A stretch of DNA of 64,000 bases from an uncultured Pseudomonas sp. GTDB lineage: Bacteria; Pseudomonadota; Gammaproteobacteria; Pseudomonadales; Pseudomonadaceae. The notes beneath the pieces were generated by a model. It was not told where the DNA came from. It searched no databases and was given only the letters and a program-made list of their open reading frames with translations. Shown here piece after piece: positions 12,878-21,519 of this stretch; position 1 is the first letter of the stretch, and the number at the start of each line of letters is the position of its first letter. The position numbers were made by a program, and so were the translations under genes. The DNA is taken from contig CAZFKQ010000015.1 in the NCBI GenBank assembly GCA_964518735.1, forward strand, positions 16,979 to 80,978, written 5' to 3'.

Positions 12878-14143
12878 TCAGCCGTAGCGCTTCTTCGCCT
12901 CGATGGCCAGGCCGCTGCCGATACTGCCGAAGGTGTTACCTTCGGTGGCGTGGGCGTTCGGCAGCAGGGCGCAGATACTCTGGCGCAGGGCCGGGATGCC
13001 GCTGGAACCGCCGGTAAAGAACACCGTGTCTATCTCTCCGGCCTTCACGCCGGCCTGCTTGAGCAGTTCGGCGACGCTGGCGGTAACGCGCTCCAGCAGG
13101 CCGTCGATGGCCTGGTCGAACAGGGCGCGGTCGAGCACGGCCTCCAGGCCGCTTTCGATCCGTCGCAGGTCAATGCGGTGCTGGTCGTGCTCGGTCAGGG
13201 CGATCTTGCTTTCCTCCACCTGCATGGCCAGCCAATGCCCGGCACGTTGCTCGATCAGCTTGAACAGGCGGTCGATGCCGGTCGGATCGACGATGTCGTA
13301 GCGCATGTTCTGCAAGGCCAGTTGCGACTTCTGCGCGTACACCGCGTTGATCGTGTGCCAGGTGGCCAGGTTGAGGTGGTAGCTGGTTGGCATGAAGGCG
13401 GCGCTCTTCATCCGGCTGCCGTAGCCGAACAGCGGCATCACGCCTTCCAGGCTGAGTTGTTTATCGAAGTCGGTGCCGCCGATGTGCACGCCGCCGGTGG
13501 CGAGGATGTCGCTCTGCCGGTCGGCCTGGTTGCGGCGCTCGGGTGACAGCCGGATCAGCGAGAAGTCCGAGGTACCGCCGCCGATATCGACGATCAGCAC
13601 GCGCTCCTCGCGAGTGATAGTACGCTCGTAGTCGAAGGCGGCGGCGATCGGCTCGAACTGGAAGGACACGTCCTTGAAGCCGAGTTTGTTGGCTACCGCC
13701 ACCAGAGTATTGGCAGCTTCCTGGTCGGCGACGGGGTCGTCGTCGACGAAGAATACCGGGCGGCCCAGCACCACCTGTTCGAACTCGCGACCAGCAAAGG
13801 CTTCGGCGCGCTTCTTCAGCTCACCGATAAAAAAGCCCAGCAGGTCACGAAACGGCAGGGCGCTGCCCAGCACAGTGGTTTCGCTTTTCAGCAGCTTGGA
13901 GCCCAGCAGGCTTTTCAACGAACGCATCAGGCGGCCTTCGTAGCCATCCAGGTATTCGTGAAGAGCCAGGCGCCCATACACCGGGCGGCGCTCCTCGGTG
14001 TTGAAGAACACCACCGAGGGCAGGGTGATCTTGCCGTCTTCCAGTTCCAGCAGCGGCTCGACGCCATGGCGCCACCAGCCGACGGTGGAGTTGGAAGTGC
14101 CGAAGTCGATGCCCAGGGCGGAGGCGGGAAGATCAAGACTCAT
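12878..14143 (-). CDS. yegD: Hsp70-family protein (YegD type)
   Basis: GIDFGTSNS, VDIGGGTSDFS, IGGTDFD, FFTGGSS; about 421 aa, no substrate-binding domain. Confidence 0.88.
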   Translation of the reverse strand: MSLDLPASALGIDFGTSNSTVGWWRHGVEPLLELEDGKITLPSVVFFNTEERRPVYGRLALHEYLDGYEGRLMRSLKSLLGSKLLKSETTVLGSALPFRDLLGFFIGELKKRAEAFAGREFEQVVLGRPVFFVDDDPVADQEAANTLVAVANKLGFKDVSFQFEPIAAAFDYERTITREERVLIVDIGGGTSDFSLIRLSPERRNQADRQSDILATGGVHIGGTDFDKQLSLEGVMPLFGYGSRMKSAAFMPTSYHLNLATWHTINAVYAQKSQLALQNMRYDIVDPTGIDRLFKLIEQRAGHWLAMQVEESKIALTEHDQHRIDLRRIESGLEAVLDRALFDQAIDGLLERVTASVAELLKQAGVKAGEIDTVFFTGGSSGIPALRQSICALLPNAHATEGNTFGSIGSGLAIEAKKRYG

Positions 14144-14329
14144 GCTGCAACGGTTCCGGGAAAAAACGGCCGCGCAGTTTATGCGAGAGTGGCGCTTCAT
14201 GCGCGGGGAATCTGTGTCCGCGTGTCGGGCGGGAGGTAATGGCCAAGTGCTACAGTAAGGCTAGCCAGGGAGCTAGGCGCCGATCAGGGCAACAGACTTC
14301 GTCGCCATCCTTGCCGTATAGGACAACTC

Positions 14330-15262
14330 ATGGCCATCTCTCGTACCTCTGCCTTGCCGCTCCGTGGTTGTGTTGCCGCACTTGCCTTGTTGCCCTGCCT
14401 GCTGTGGGCTGAATGCATCAACATGGTTACTGGTGCGGGAGGTCATACGTTCTGGCGGCAGGTGCAGCTTGGAGCGCAAATGGCGGCGCAGCAGCACAAG
14501 CTAGAAGTGTATTTTCGCGGACCACAGAACGAGCGAGACTCACAGCAGCAACTGCAGATCATTGATAAGGTGCTCGCCAGGCCCTGTGCTGCGTTGATCG
14601 TGGCGCCCAGTGGCCGCGATTTGCTGCCGCGCCTGGCAGCCCTGAAGAAGCAGGGTATGACCTTAGTGTTTATTGATCGCGACCTCGGCAGTCCTGATGT
14701 GTCGGGGGTGGTGGCCACAGACAATTTCCAGGCCGGCCTGCTGGCGGGTCAGCAGATGGCCCGTCTACTCAAGGGGCAAGGACGTGTGGCCCTGCTGCGT
14801 CCCAGCTCCAGTGCCCAGTCGGTAACCGATCGGGCGCGTGGCTTTATCCAGGGGGCTGGCGCCGGAGGTTTGCAGGTGGTTCTCGAGCGTTATCTGGTCG
14901 CCAGCGAAAGTGCGGAGCAAGCCAGTCTGGCTCGTGATCTGCGCGATCTGGATGGCGTTTTCTCGACCAGTGAGGCGGTCAGTCTGATGGCTTTGGGGGT
15001 GCTGCGTCGGGCGAAACTGGCCGGCACGCAGGTGCATATCGGTTTTGATGCCAATCCACAGCTGGTCGATGCGCTGCGTAATGGGCACATGGCGGGGTTG
15101 CTGGTTCAGCAGCCGTATCAGATGGGCTTCCAGAGCGTGGAATTGGCGGTGCGCTATCTGGATGGTGAACTAACCGCCCCAAGCAATGTTGCGTTGGCCG
15201 CCATATTTGTTGAGCGCCACAATCTTGCGGAGGAGCGCATCCAGCATCTGCTGTCGCCCTGA
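14330..15262 (+). CDS. Sugar-type (class I) periplasmic binding protein
   Basis: Signal peptide; FWRQVQLGA, VFIDR, VATDNFQAGLLAG, IGFD, LVQQPYQMG motifs; no HTH. Confidence 0.8.
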   Translation: MAISRTSALPLRGCVAALALLPCLLWAECINMVTGAGGHTFWRQVQLGAQMAAQQHKLEVYFRGPQNERDSQQQLQIIDKVLARPCAALIVAPSGRDLLPRLAALKKQGMTLVFIDRDLGSPDVSGVVATDNFQAGLLAGQQMARLLKGQGRVALLRPSSSAQSVTDRARGFIQGAGAGGLQVVLERYLVASESAEQASLARDLRDLDGVFSTSEAVSLMALGVLRRAKLAGTQVHIGFDANPQLVDALRNGHMAGLLVQQPYQMGFQSVELAVRYLDGELTAPSNVALAAIFVERHNLAEERIQHLLSP

Positions 15263-15326
15263 GTGGGCTAAGCCTGCAAGCGCTGAGCCATCGACTAGGC
15301 TGAGCTGAACAAGAAGGAGGGCGTAG

Positions 15327-16067
15327 ATGCGCGCATGGCTGATGGCCTGCTTGCTGGCAGGCATATTGCTGCCGAGCCTCGGTTCGGCCGAATTACTGCT
15401 GCTGACCGAGGAGGCGCCGCCGACCAGTTTTCGTCGCGACGGCAAGCTCGATGGCTACTCGGTGGAAGTGGTGCGCATGCTGGTGCGGCGCACCGGGCAT
15501 GCCGTGCACATGGAGCTGCTGCCCTGGACTCGGGCCTACCATCTGGCCAAGACCGAACCTGATACTGCCTTGTTCTCCATGGTTCGTACCGAGGAACGAG
15601 AGCTACTGTTCCAGTGGGTAGGGCCGATTCTGCAGGGCTCCACGCGGTTCTATTCGTTGAAATCCAGCAACCTGCGCATCGATACCCTGGAGGATGCCGC
15701 CAATAGTGGCACCCTGGCGCTGCCCAAGCAGTGGTACACCTTCGAGACGCTGGAGCGCATGGGCTTCAGCAATCTTTATGCGGTGCCAAGCTCCAGGCAG
15801 ATGGTGACAATGCTCAAGCATGGCCGGGTCAAGCTGATTGCCACCGAGGATGTGACCTTGCGTGAGGAGCTGGCTGCTGCCGGCCTCACGCCGGATGATG
15901 TGCAAAGCCATCTGGCTTTTATGAAGTCGGATTATTACATCGCCTTCTCCCCGCGCACCGACGCTGCCGTGGTGGCCGAATGGCAGCGTCAGCTTGACGG
16001 TATGCGGCGCGACGGTAGTCTGGGGCAAATCCTCAAACGCTGGCTGCCCGCTGCTGTCCAGCCCTGA
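15327..16067 (+). CDS. Family 3 (amino-acid type) periplasmic binding protein
   Basis: Signal peptide; TEEAPP, LPWTRA, FSMVRTEER, FQWVGPI. Confidence 0.8.
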   Translation: MRAWLMACLLAGILLPSLGSAELLLLTEEAPPTSFRRDGKLDGYSVEVVRMLVRRTGHAVHMELLPWTRAYHLAKTEPDTALFSMVRTEERELLFQWVGPILQGSTRFYSLKSSNLRIDTLEDAANSGTLALPKQWYTFETLERMGFSNLYAVPSSRQMVTMLKHGRVKLIATEDVTLREELAAAGLTPDDVQSHLAFMKSDYYIAFSPRTDAAVVAEWQRQLDGMRRDGSLGQILKRWLPAAVQP

Positions 16068-16084
16068 TCGCGGAAACCCTGCCC

Positions 16085-17083
16085 ATGTCGTCATCCCCTC
16101 GCGGGGCCTTGCCTCTGGGCGAGCGCGCCTTGCTGTTCGCGCAACTGGCGGCCATGGAAAGGGCTGGTTTGCCGGCAGACAAGGCCCTGGCCACTCTGCA
16201 ACTGCAGCCCGATACGCAAAAGCGGGTCGCGGCCATGTCCCGGTTGCTGGCTCAAGGGCTGGACCTGGCCCGTTCCGGGCAAAAGTCCGGGGTGTTCACG
16301 CCCTTGGACGCCACTCTGCTGCAGGCTGCGCAGAGCGCTGGCAGCCCGGCGCGAGTGTATGAGCGTCTGGCTGAGCGCTGCGCAAACAAGGCCGCGCAAG
16401 CCAAGGCCCTGCAATCGCGTCTGTTGCTGCCCGCAGCTGTGCTGGTGCTGGCGCTGTTGATCCAGCCCTTGCCAAGCCTGGTAGCGGGCCACTTGAGTCT
16501 GTTTGGTTACCTGTGGGGCGTACTCAAGCCGTTGCTGATCCTGTCTGCCTTGCTCCTGATCGTGCGCCAGGGGTTGCAGCGCCTGGAACGCCCGGCCGCA
16601 TTGCGGGCCAGTGCCGCCGATGCCTGGCTGCTGCGTATACCGCTGCTTGGTCAGGCTCATGCGCGGCGCAACACGCGGGATTTCTTCGAGAGCCTGGGGT
16701 TGATGCTGGAGGCGGGGCTGCCGATGTTCGAGGCCCTGCCCAAGGCTGCTGCGACCCTGAGCAACAGCCAGTTGCGACAGGACTTTATCGGCCTGCAGCA
16801 ACGCGTGCAGGCGGGTGCGCCGCTGGCTCAGGCCATCCTGGCGCTGGAGTTCCCCGGCAAACCACAGCTGGCCAGTCTGATTCGCACGGGTGAGGCCAGT
16901 GGTACCTTGCCGGCGACCTTGCTGGCCTATGCCAGTCATGAGTCGCTGGCACTAGCTGAGTTCCAGGAGCAGCTGGCGACCTGGTTGCCACGCCTGGTGT
17001 ATGTCGCCGTGGCCTTGTGGATGGCATACGGCTTGCTGACGGGCGGCGGCATCGTTCCGCACTTGCCTGCGGAGCTGGGCTGA
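16085..17083 (+). CDS. Orphan GspF/PilC-family platform protein
   Basis: Two T2SSF repeats: FAQLAAMERAGLP and FFESLGLMLEAGLPMFEAL...GEASGTL, each followed by a TM helix. Confidence 0.82.
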   Translation: MSSSPRGALPLGERALLFAQLAAMERAGLPADKALATLQLQPDTQKRVAAMSRLLAQGLDLARSGQKSGVFTPLDATLLQAAQSAGSPARVYERLAERCANKAAQAKALQSRLLLPAAVLVLALLIQPLPSLVAGHLSLFGYLWGVLKPLLILSALLLIVRQGLQRLERPAALRASAADAWLLRIPLLGQAHARRNTRDFFESLGLMLEAGLPMFEALPKAAATLSNSQLRQDFIGLQQRVQAGAPLAQAILALEFPGKPQLASLIRTGEASGTLPATLLAYASHESLALAEFQEQLATWLPRLVYVAVALWMAYGLLTGGGIVPHLPAELG

Positions 17084-17166
17084 GTGGCGTGCAGGTGCGA
17101 GCAGATTGAGGTTGCAGCGGGGTGCCATCCGTCACTGAAAGCTGGGTGCAAGGTAGATCGGTGTAT

Positions 17167-17208
17167 ATGTAGTTTTACTACATGGCTGGTTTTGTAGTTT
17201 TGCTACAT
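17167..17208. promoter_or_regulatory. Tandem TGTA-N7-TACA palindromes (HexR/RccR-type operator candidate)
   Basis: ATGTAGT-TTT-ACTACAT (17167-17183, perfect) and TTGTAGT-TTT-GCTACAT (17192-17208). Confidence 0.65.
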
Positions 17209-17248
17209 AATTGGCCGCCCAGAGCAGACCATGACGACAGTGCATCCC

Positions 17249-18112
17249 ATGCAAAGAGCCTCGCACCATGACCTTCGCGCGCAGTTTCGTGCGCTTCTCG
17301 CCTCGAATGCCTGCTATCACACGGCATCCGTATTCGATCCCATGTCCGCACGGATCGCCGCCGATCTCGGTTTTGAGGTGGGTATCCTGGGTGGTTCTGT
17401 AGCGTCACTACAAGTTTTGGCGGCGCCGGACTTTGCCCTGATCAGTCTCAGCGAGTTCGTCGAGCAGGCCACCCGTATCGGCCGGGTCGCCCGCCTGCCG
17501 GTGATCGCCGATGCCGACCATGGTTACGGCAACGCGCTCAATGTGATGCGCACAGTGGTGGAGCTGGAGCGCGCCGGCATCGCTGCGCTGACCCTGGAAG
17601 ACACCCTGCTGCCGGCCCAGTTCGGGCGCAAATCCACCGACCTGATCGGTGTTGATGAGGGCGTCGGCAAGATTCGTGCGGCGCTGGAAGCGCGGGTTGA
17701 TCCCGATCTGGCCATCATCGCCCGCACCCATGCCGGTGTGCTTGATGCCGACGAGGTGATTCGTCGCACTCTGGCCTACCAGGCTGCAGGTGCCGATGCC
17801 ATCTGTATGGTCGGCATTCGCGATTTCAGCCATCTGGAGCAGATCGCGCAGAACCTTAGCGTGCCGCTGATGCTGGTCAGCTACGGCAACCCGCTGCTGC
17901 GCGACGATGCGCGCCTGGCCAGCCTCGGCGTGCGTGTCGTGGTTGACGGCCATGCGGCCTACTTCGCAGCGATCAAGGCCACCTACGACTGCTTGCGTGA
18001 GCAGCGCGGCATTGCCGCCAGCGACCTGAATGCCACCGAGCTGACGCACAAATACACTCAGCCCGAGGACTACTTTGTCTGGGCGCGCGAGTACATGGAC
18101 GTGCAGGAGTAG
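17249..18112 (+). CDS. Oxaloacetate decarboxylase (PEP mutase/isocitrate lyase superfamily)
   Basis: [33 protein letters not shown]; 287 aa from ATG 17249; resembles PAO1 PA4872 (recalled). Confidence 0.88.
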   Translation: MQRASHHDLRAQFRALLASNACYHTASVFDPMSARIAADLGFEVGILGGSVASLQVLAAPDFALISLSEFVEQATRIGRVARLPVIADADHGYGNALNVMRTVVELERAGIAALTLEDTLLPAQFGRKSTDLIGVDEGVGKIRAALEARVDPDLAIIARTHAGVLDADEVIRRTLAYQAAGADAICMVGIRDFSHLEQIAQNLSVPLMLVSYGNPLLRDDARLASLGVRVVVDGHAAYFAAIKATYDCLREQRGIAASDLNATELTHKYTQPEDYFVWAREYMDVQE

Positions 18113-18185
18113 ACGAACAGCGCTGGTAAAAAGTCGTGCACGTGCCCATAACTGTGTCAGTGGCAACGTAACCTGGGAGGTAGCC

Positions 18186-18452
18186 ATGGCTGGTGGCTGG
18201 AGCACTGACGGTGCGGTGCAGGAACAAATCGACAGCAGTATCGAGGATGCCATCCAGCGGGCGCGCAGCCAGCTGCCACGTGGTGCCAGCCTGAGCCATT
18301 GTGAGGAATGCAACGCTTCCATTCCTGAAGCACGCCGCCAGGCTGTGCCCGGGGTTCGCCTGTGCGTGGCGTGCCAGGCGCTGCATGACCAGCAGCAGGC
18401 GCAGTTCAGTGGCTACAACCGCCGTGGCAGCAAGGACAGCCAGTTGCGCTGA
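18186..18452 (+). CDS. ybiI: DksA/TraR-family C4 zinc-finger protein
   Basis: MAGGWSTDGAVQEQID; CEEC and CVAC; YNRRGSKDSQLR C-terminus. Confidence 0.9.
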   Translation: MAGGWSTDGAVQEQIDSSIEDAIQRARSQLPRGASLSHCEECNASIPEARRQAVPGVRLCVACQALHDQQQAQFSGYNRRGSKDSQLR

Positions 18453-18475
18453 GAGCCTATGCAGATTCAGCGCAT

Positions 18476-18505
18476 AAAAAAGGGAGGCCCATGGCCTCCC
18501 TTTTC
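18476..18505. terminator. Bidirectional terminator
   Basis: AAAAGGGAGGCC-CAT-GGCCTCCCTTTT between convergent ybiI and bamD. Confidence 0.85.
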
Positions 18506-18520
18506 AGTTGCGCGCAACTA

Positions 18521-19546
18521 TCAGTCGAACATGCCAAAGGTCATGTAGCTGAACCAGGAGCGGTCGGTGCTGCTGTCTTGTGCTTCTTCCTGCTCGTCTT
18601 CAGCGTCGTCTTCGTCCTGATACTCCGGCTGCAGTTCGTCCGGGATCTGCTCTTCAGCATCTTCGTACTGGCGGATCACGTCCTGGCTGGCGCGGGTTTC
18701 GCCCGGCGGCAGCGGAGTGTCGGTCTCGATCAGGCCGAGCGTGGCCTTGGCCAGCCAGGAGCGGTTGTCGGCTTCCTCTTCGCGTGGCACGAACTTGCCA
18801 TCCACCAGGCTCGGGTGATCCGGGTAGTTCAGTTTCAGGGTTTCCAGGCTGGTGGCAGCCAGGTCGTCCATTTCCAGGCGCTGGTAGGCTTCGGTCATCA
18901 CCGCCAGGCCGTCACCGACCGCTGGGGTTTCCTGGAAGTTTTCCACCACGTAGCGGCCGCGGTTGGCCGCGGCGACATAGGCCTGGCGGGTCAGGTAGTA
19001 GTGGGCAGCGTGGATCTCGTAGGCGGCCAGCAGGTTGCGCAGGTAGATCATGCGCGCCTTGGCATCCGGGGCGTAGCGGCTATTGGGGTAGCGGCTGGTG
19101 AGCTGGGCAAACTCGTTGAACGAGTCGCGCGCGGCGCCCGGGTCACGCTTGGTCATGTCCAGTGGCAGGAAGCGCGCGAGCAGGCCGCGATCCTGGTCGA
19201 AGGAGGCCAGGCCTTTCAGGTAATAGGCGTAGTCGACGTTGGCATGCTGCGGGTGCAGGCGGATGAAGCGCTCGGCAGCCGACTTGGCGGCTTCCGGTTC
19301 GGCATTCTTGTAGTAGGCGTAGATCAGTTCGAGCTGCGCCTGCTCGGCGTAGCGGCCGAACGGGTAGCGCGACTCCAGCGCTTTCAGCTTGGCCACGGCA
19401 CGGGTATAGCTGTTGCTGCTCAGGTCATCCTGAGCCTGTTGGTACAGTTCGCTTTCGCTCAGGTTTTCATCCACTTCCGGTGTGTTGGAAGAGCACGCGG
19501 CGGTGATGGCGAGCATGGCGATCAGCAGCAGGTGTTTCACTTGCAT
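18521..19546 (-). CDS. bamD: Outer-membrane assembly lipoprotein BamD (ComL)
   Basis: TAAC lipobox, [21 protein letters not shown] motifs; divergent from rluD. Confidence 0.96.
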   Translation of the reverse strand: MQVKHLLLIAMLAITAACSSNTPEVDENLSESELYQQAQDDLSSNSYTRAVAKLKALESRYPFGRYAEQAQLELIYAYYKNAEPEAAKSAAERFIRLHPQHANVDYAYYLKGLASFDQDRGLLARFLPLDMTKRDPGAARDSFNEFAQLTSRYPNSRYAPDAKARMIYLRNLLAAYEIHAAHYYLTRQAYVAAANRGRYVVENFQETPAVGDGLAVMTEAYQRLEMDDLAATSLETLKLNYPDHPSLVDGKFVPREEEADNRSWLAKATLGLIETDTPLPPGETRASQDVIRQYEDAEEQIPDELQPEYQDEDDAEDEQEEAQDSSTDRSWFSYMTFGMFD

Positions 19547-19693
19547 GGCGGCTTGCGTCCCTGTGACGGCCGGCTGTCTTGGCCTGGACCGTCCTGTTAT
19601 GATGAGCGCCCCGGTTCAGCCGGGACAAAGACGCCGTATTTAACCACAGCGTGCAGCCGAAACCAAAAGCTGCACCTCCCTCCGCAGTAGCCC

Positions 19694-20665
19694 ATGTCCG
19701 AAGACGCCGTTCAGCTCATCCAACTCACCGCCGAAGTGCCGTCCGCACTGGGTGGTCAACGCCTCGACCAGGTCGCCGCCCAGCTGTTCGACGAGTACTC
19801 GCGCTCGCGCCTGTCGACCTGGATCAAGGACGGCCGCCTGACCGTTGACGGTGCCGTCGTGCGTCCGCGCGATATCGTGCATGGCGGCGCCATACTGGCC
19901 CTGGATGCCGAGCAGGAGGCCCAGGGCGAGTGGGTCGCCCAGGACATCGCGCTGAATATCGTCTACGAGGACGAGCACCTGCTGGTGATCGATAAGCCGG
20001 CCGGCCTGGTGGTGCACCCGGCAGCGGGGCACGCCGATGGCACCCTGCTCAATGCGTTGCTGCACCATGTGCCGGACATCGTCAACGTGCCACGTGCCGG
20101 CATCGTCCACCGCCTGGACAAGGACACCACCGGCCTGATGGTGGTGGCCAAGACCCTGCAGGCGCAGACTCGATTGGTCGACCAGATGCAGAAGCGTACG
20201 ATCAGTCGCATCTATGAATGCATCTGCATTGGGGTGATCACCTCCGGCGGCAAGATCGACGCGCCGATCGGTCGCAGTTCGGCCAACCGCCAGCGCATGG
20301 CGGTGATCGATGGCGGCAAGCCTGCGGTTACCCACTATCGCGTACTCGAGCGTTTCCGTTCGCACACTCATGTGCGGGTCAAGCTGGAAACCGGACGTAC
20401 TCACCAGATTCGCGTGCACATGACCCATGTGGGCTACCCACTGGTCGGTGATCCGCTCTATGCCGGGCGCTTCCGTATTCCGCCGGCCGCCAGCCCGACC
20501 CTGGTGCAGACGCTCAAGGAGTTTCCGCGTCAGGCCCTGCATGCGCGTTTCCTCGAGCTGACCCATCCGATCACCGGGCAGCGCATGAAGTGGCAATCGG
20601 CACTGCCCGATGACCTGGTGTGGATGCTCAGTCTGCTGCGCCAGGACAATGAATCCTTCGTCTGA
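19694..20665 (+). CDS. rluD: 23S rRNA pseudouridine synthase
   Basis: S4 domain, GIVHRLDKDTTG, LETGRTHQIRVH, RQALHA. Confidence 0.97.
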   Translation: MSEDAVQLIQLTAEVPSALGGQRLDQVAAQLFDEYSRSRLSTWIKDGRLTVDGAVVRPRDIVHGGAILALDAEQEAQGEWVAQDIALNIVYEDEHLLVIDKPAGLVVHPAAGHADGTLLNALLHHVPDIVNVPRAGIVHRLDKDTTGLMVVAKTLQAQTRLVDQMQKRTISRIYECICIGVITSGGKIDAPIGRSSANRQRMAVIDGGKPAVTHYRVLERFRSHTHVRVKLETGRTHQIRVHMTHVGYPLVGDPLYAGRFRIPPAASPTLVQTLKEFPRQALHARFLELTHPITGQRMKWQSALPDDLVWMLSLLRQDNESFV

Positions 20666-21393
20666 TGAGCGCTGAGTGGCTGCTTCCCGACTGGCCAGCG
20701 CCGGCCCATGTGCGGGCCTGCGTCACCACTCGTGCGGGAGGTATCAGTCAGGCGCCGTTCGACAGCCTCAACCTCGGCGACCATGTCGAGGATGATCCGC
20801 AGGCCGTTGCCGGCAATCGCCAGATTCTGACCACCGCCTTGCACTGTCAGCCGGCCTGGCTGCGCCAGGTGCATGGCGTACAGGTGGTCGAGGCCGATCC
20901 GGCTCAGGTGGTCGAGGCGGATGCCAGCTGGAGTGCCACGCCCGGTATTGCCAGTGCCGTATTGACTGCCGACTGCTTGCCTGCGCTGTTCTGTGATCGT
21001 GCCGGTACCCGCGTGGCCGCTGCCCATGCCGGTTGGCGGGGGCTGGCTGGCGGGGTGCTCGAGGCCACCCTGGATGCCCTGGCTTTGCCGGCACAGGAGG
21101 TACTGGTCTGGCTCGGCCCGGCTATCGGTCCGCAGGCCTTCGAGGTCGGCGCGGAAGTGCGCGAGGCCTTCCTCGCTGGTCATGCCGAGGCTGCCCAGGC
21201 CTTTGTTCCCAGCGTCCACGCCGGCAAGTTCATGGCCGATATTTACCAGTTGGCGCGCATCCGCCTTGCGGCGCGCGGCGTCACGGCCGTTTACGGTGAT
21301 GGTTTCTGCACCGTCAGCGATACCCGCTTCTATTCCTACCGCCGCGCCGCCCGCACCGGGCGCTTCGCTTCGCTGATCTGGCTCACCCACTGA
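20665..21393 (+). CDS. pgeF: YfiH/PgeF peptidoglycan-editing factor
   Basis: SLNLGDHVED, QVHG, LTADCLP, AAAHAGWRGL, FYSYRR. Confidence 0.95.
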   Translation: MSAEWLLPDWPAPAHVRACVTTRAGGISQAPFDSLNLGDHVEDDPQAVAGNRQILTTALHCQPAWLRQVHGVQVVEADPAQVVEADASWSATPGIASAVLTADCLPALFCDRAGTRVAAAHAGWRGLAGGVLEATLDALALPAQEVLVWLGPAIGPQAFEVGAEVREAFLAGHAEAAQAFVPSVHAGKFMADIYQLARIRLAARGVTAVYGDGFCTVSDTRFYSYRRAARTGRFASLIWLTH

Positions 21394-21413
21394 CTTGCAT
21401 CAACGTCGCTCCG

Positions 21414-21441
21414 CTTGAATCGCGGAAAACTGTCCTCATCT
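21414..21441 (+). promoter_or_regulatory. Sigma32 (RpoH) promoter candidate for clpB
   Basis: CTTGAA-N14-CCTCATCT, close to the consensus CTTGAA-N13-17-CCCCATnT. Confidence 0.7.
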
Positions 21442-21519
21442 AGTCTTCATCTCGGCGGGTTTTCGTTTCAGGGGTTGTTCATCGCTCCGGCCCGCCTCAC
21501 AAAGGAAGGACCAATACCC

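Noticed and set aside
14330-15262. LacI-family repressor
   Set aside because: There is no N-terminal HTH; it has a signal peptide, so it is a periplasmic binding protein.
21415-21519. ORF-track N-terminal extensions (clpB, kdsD, mlaF, hisD, ureD, urtC/D, retS, DUF1631, ampD)
   Set aside because: Downstream starts have better RBSs and give family-typical N-termini and lengths.
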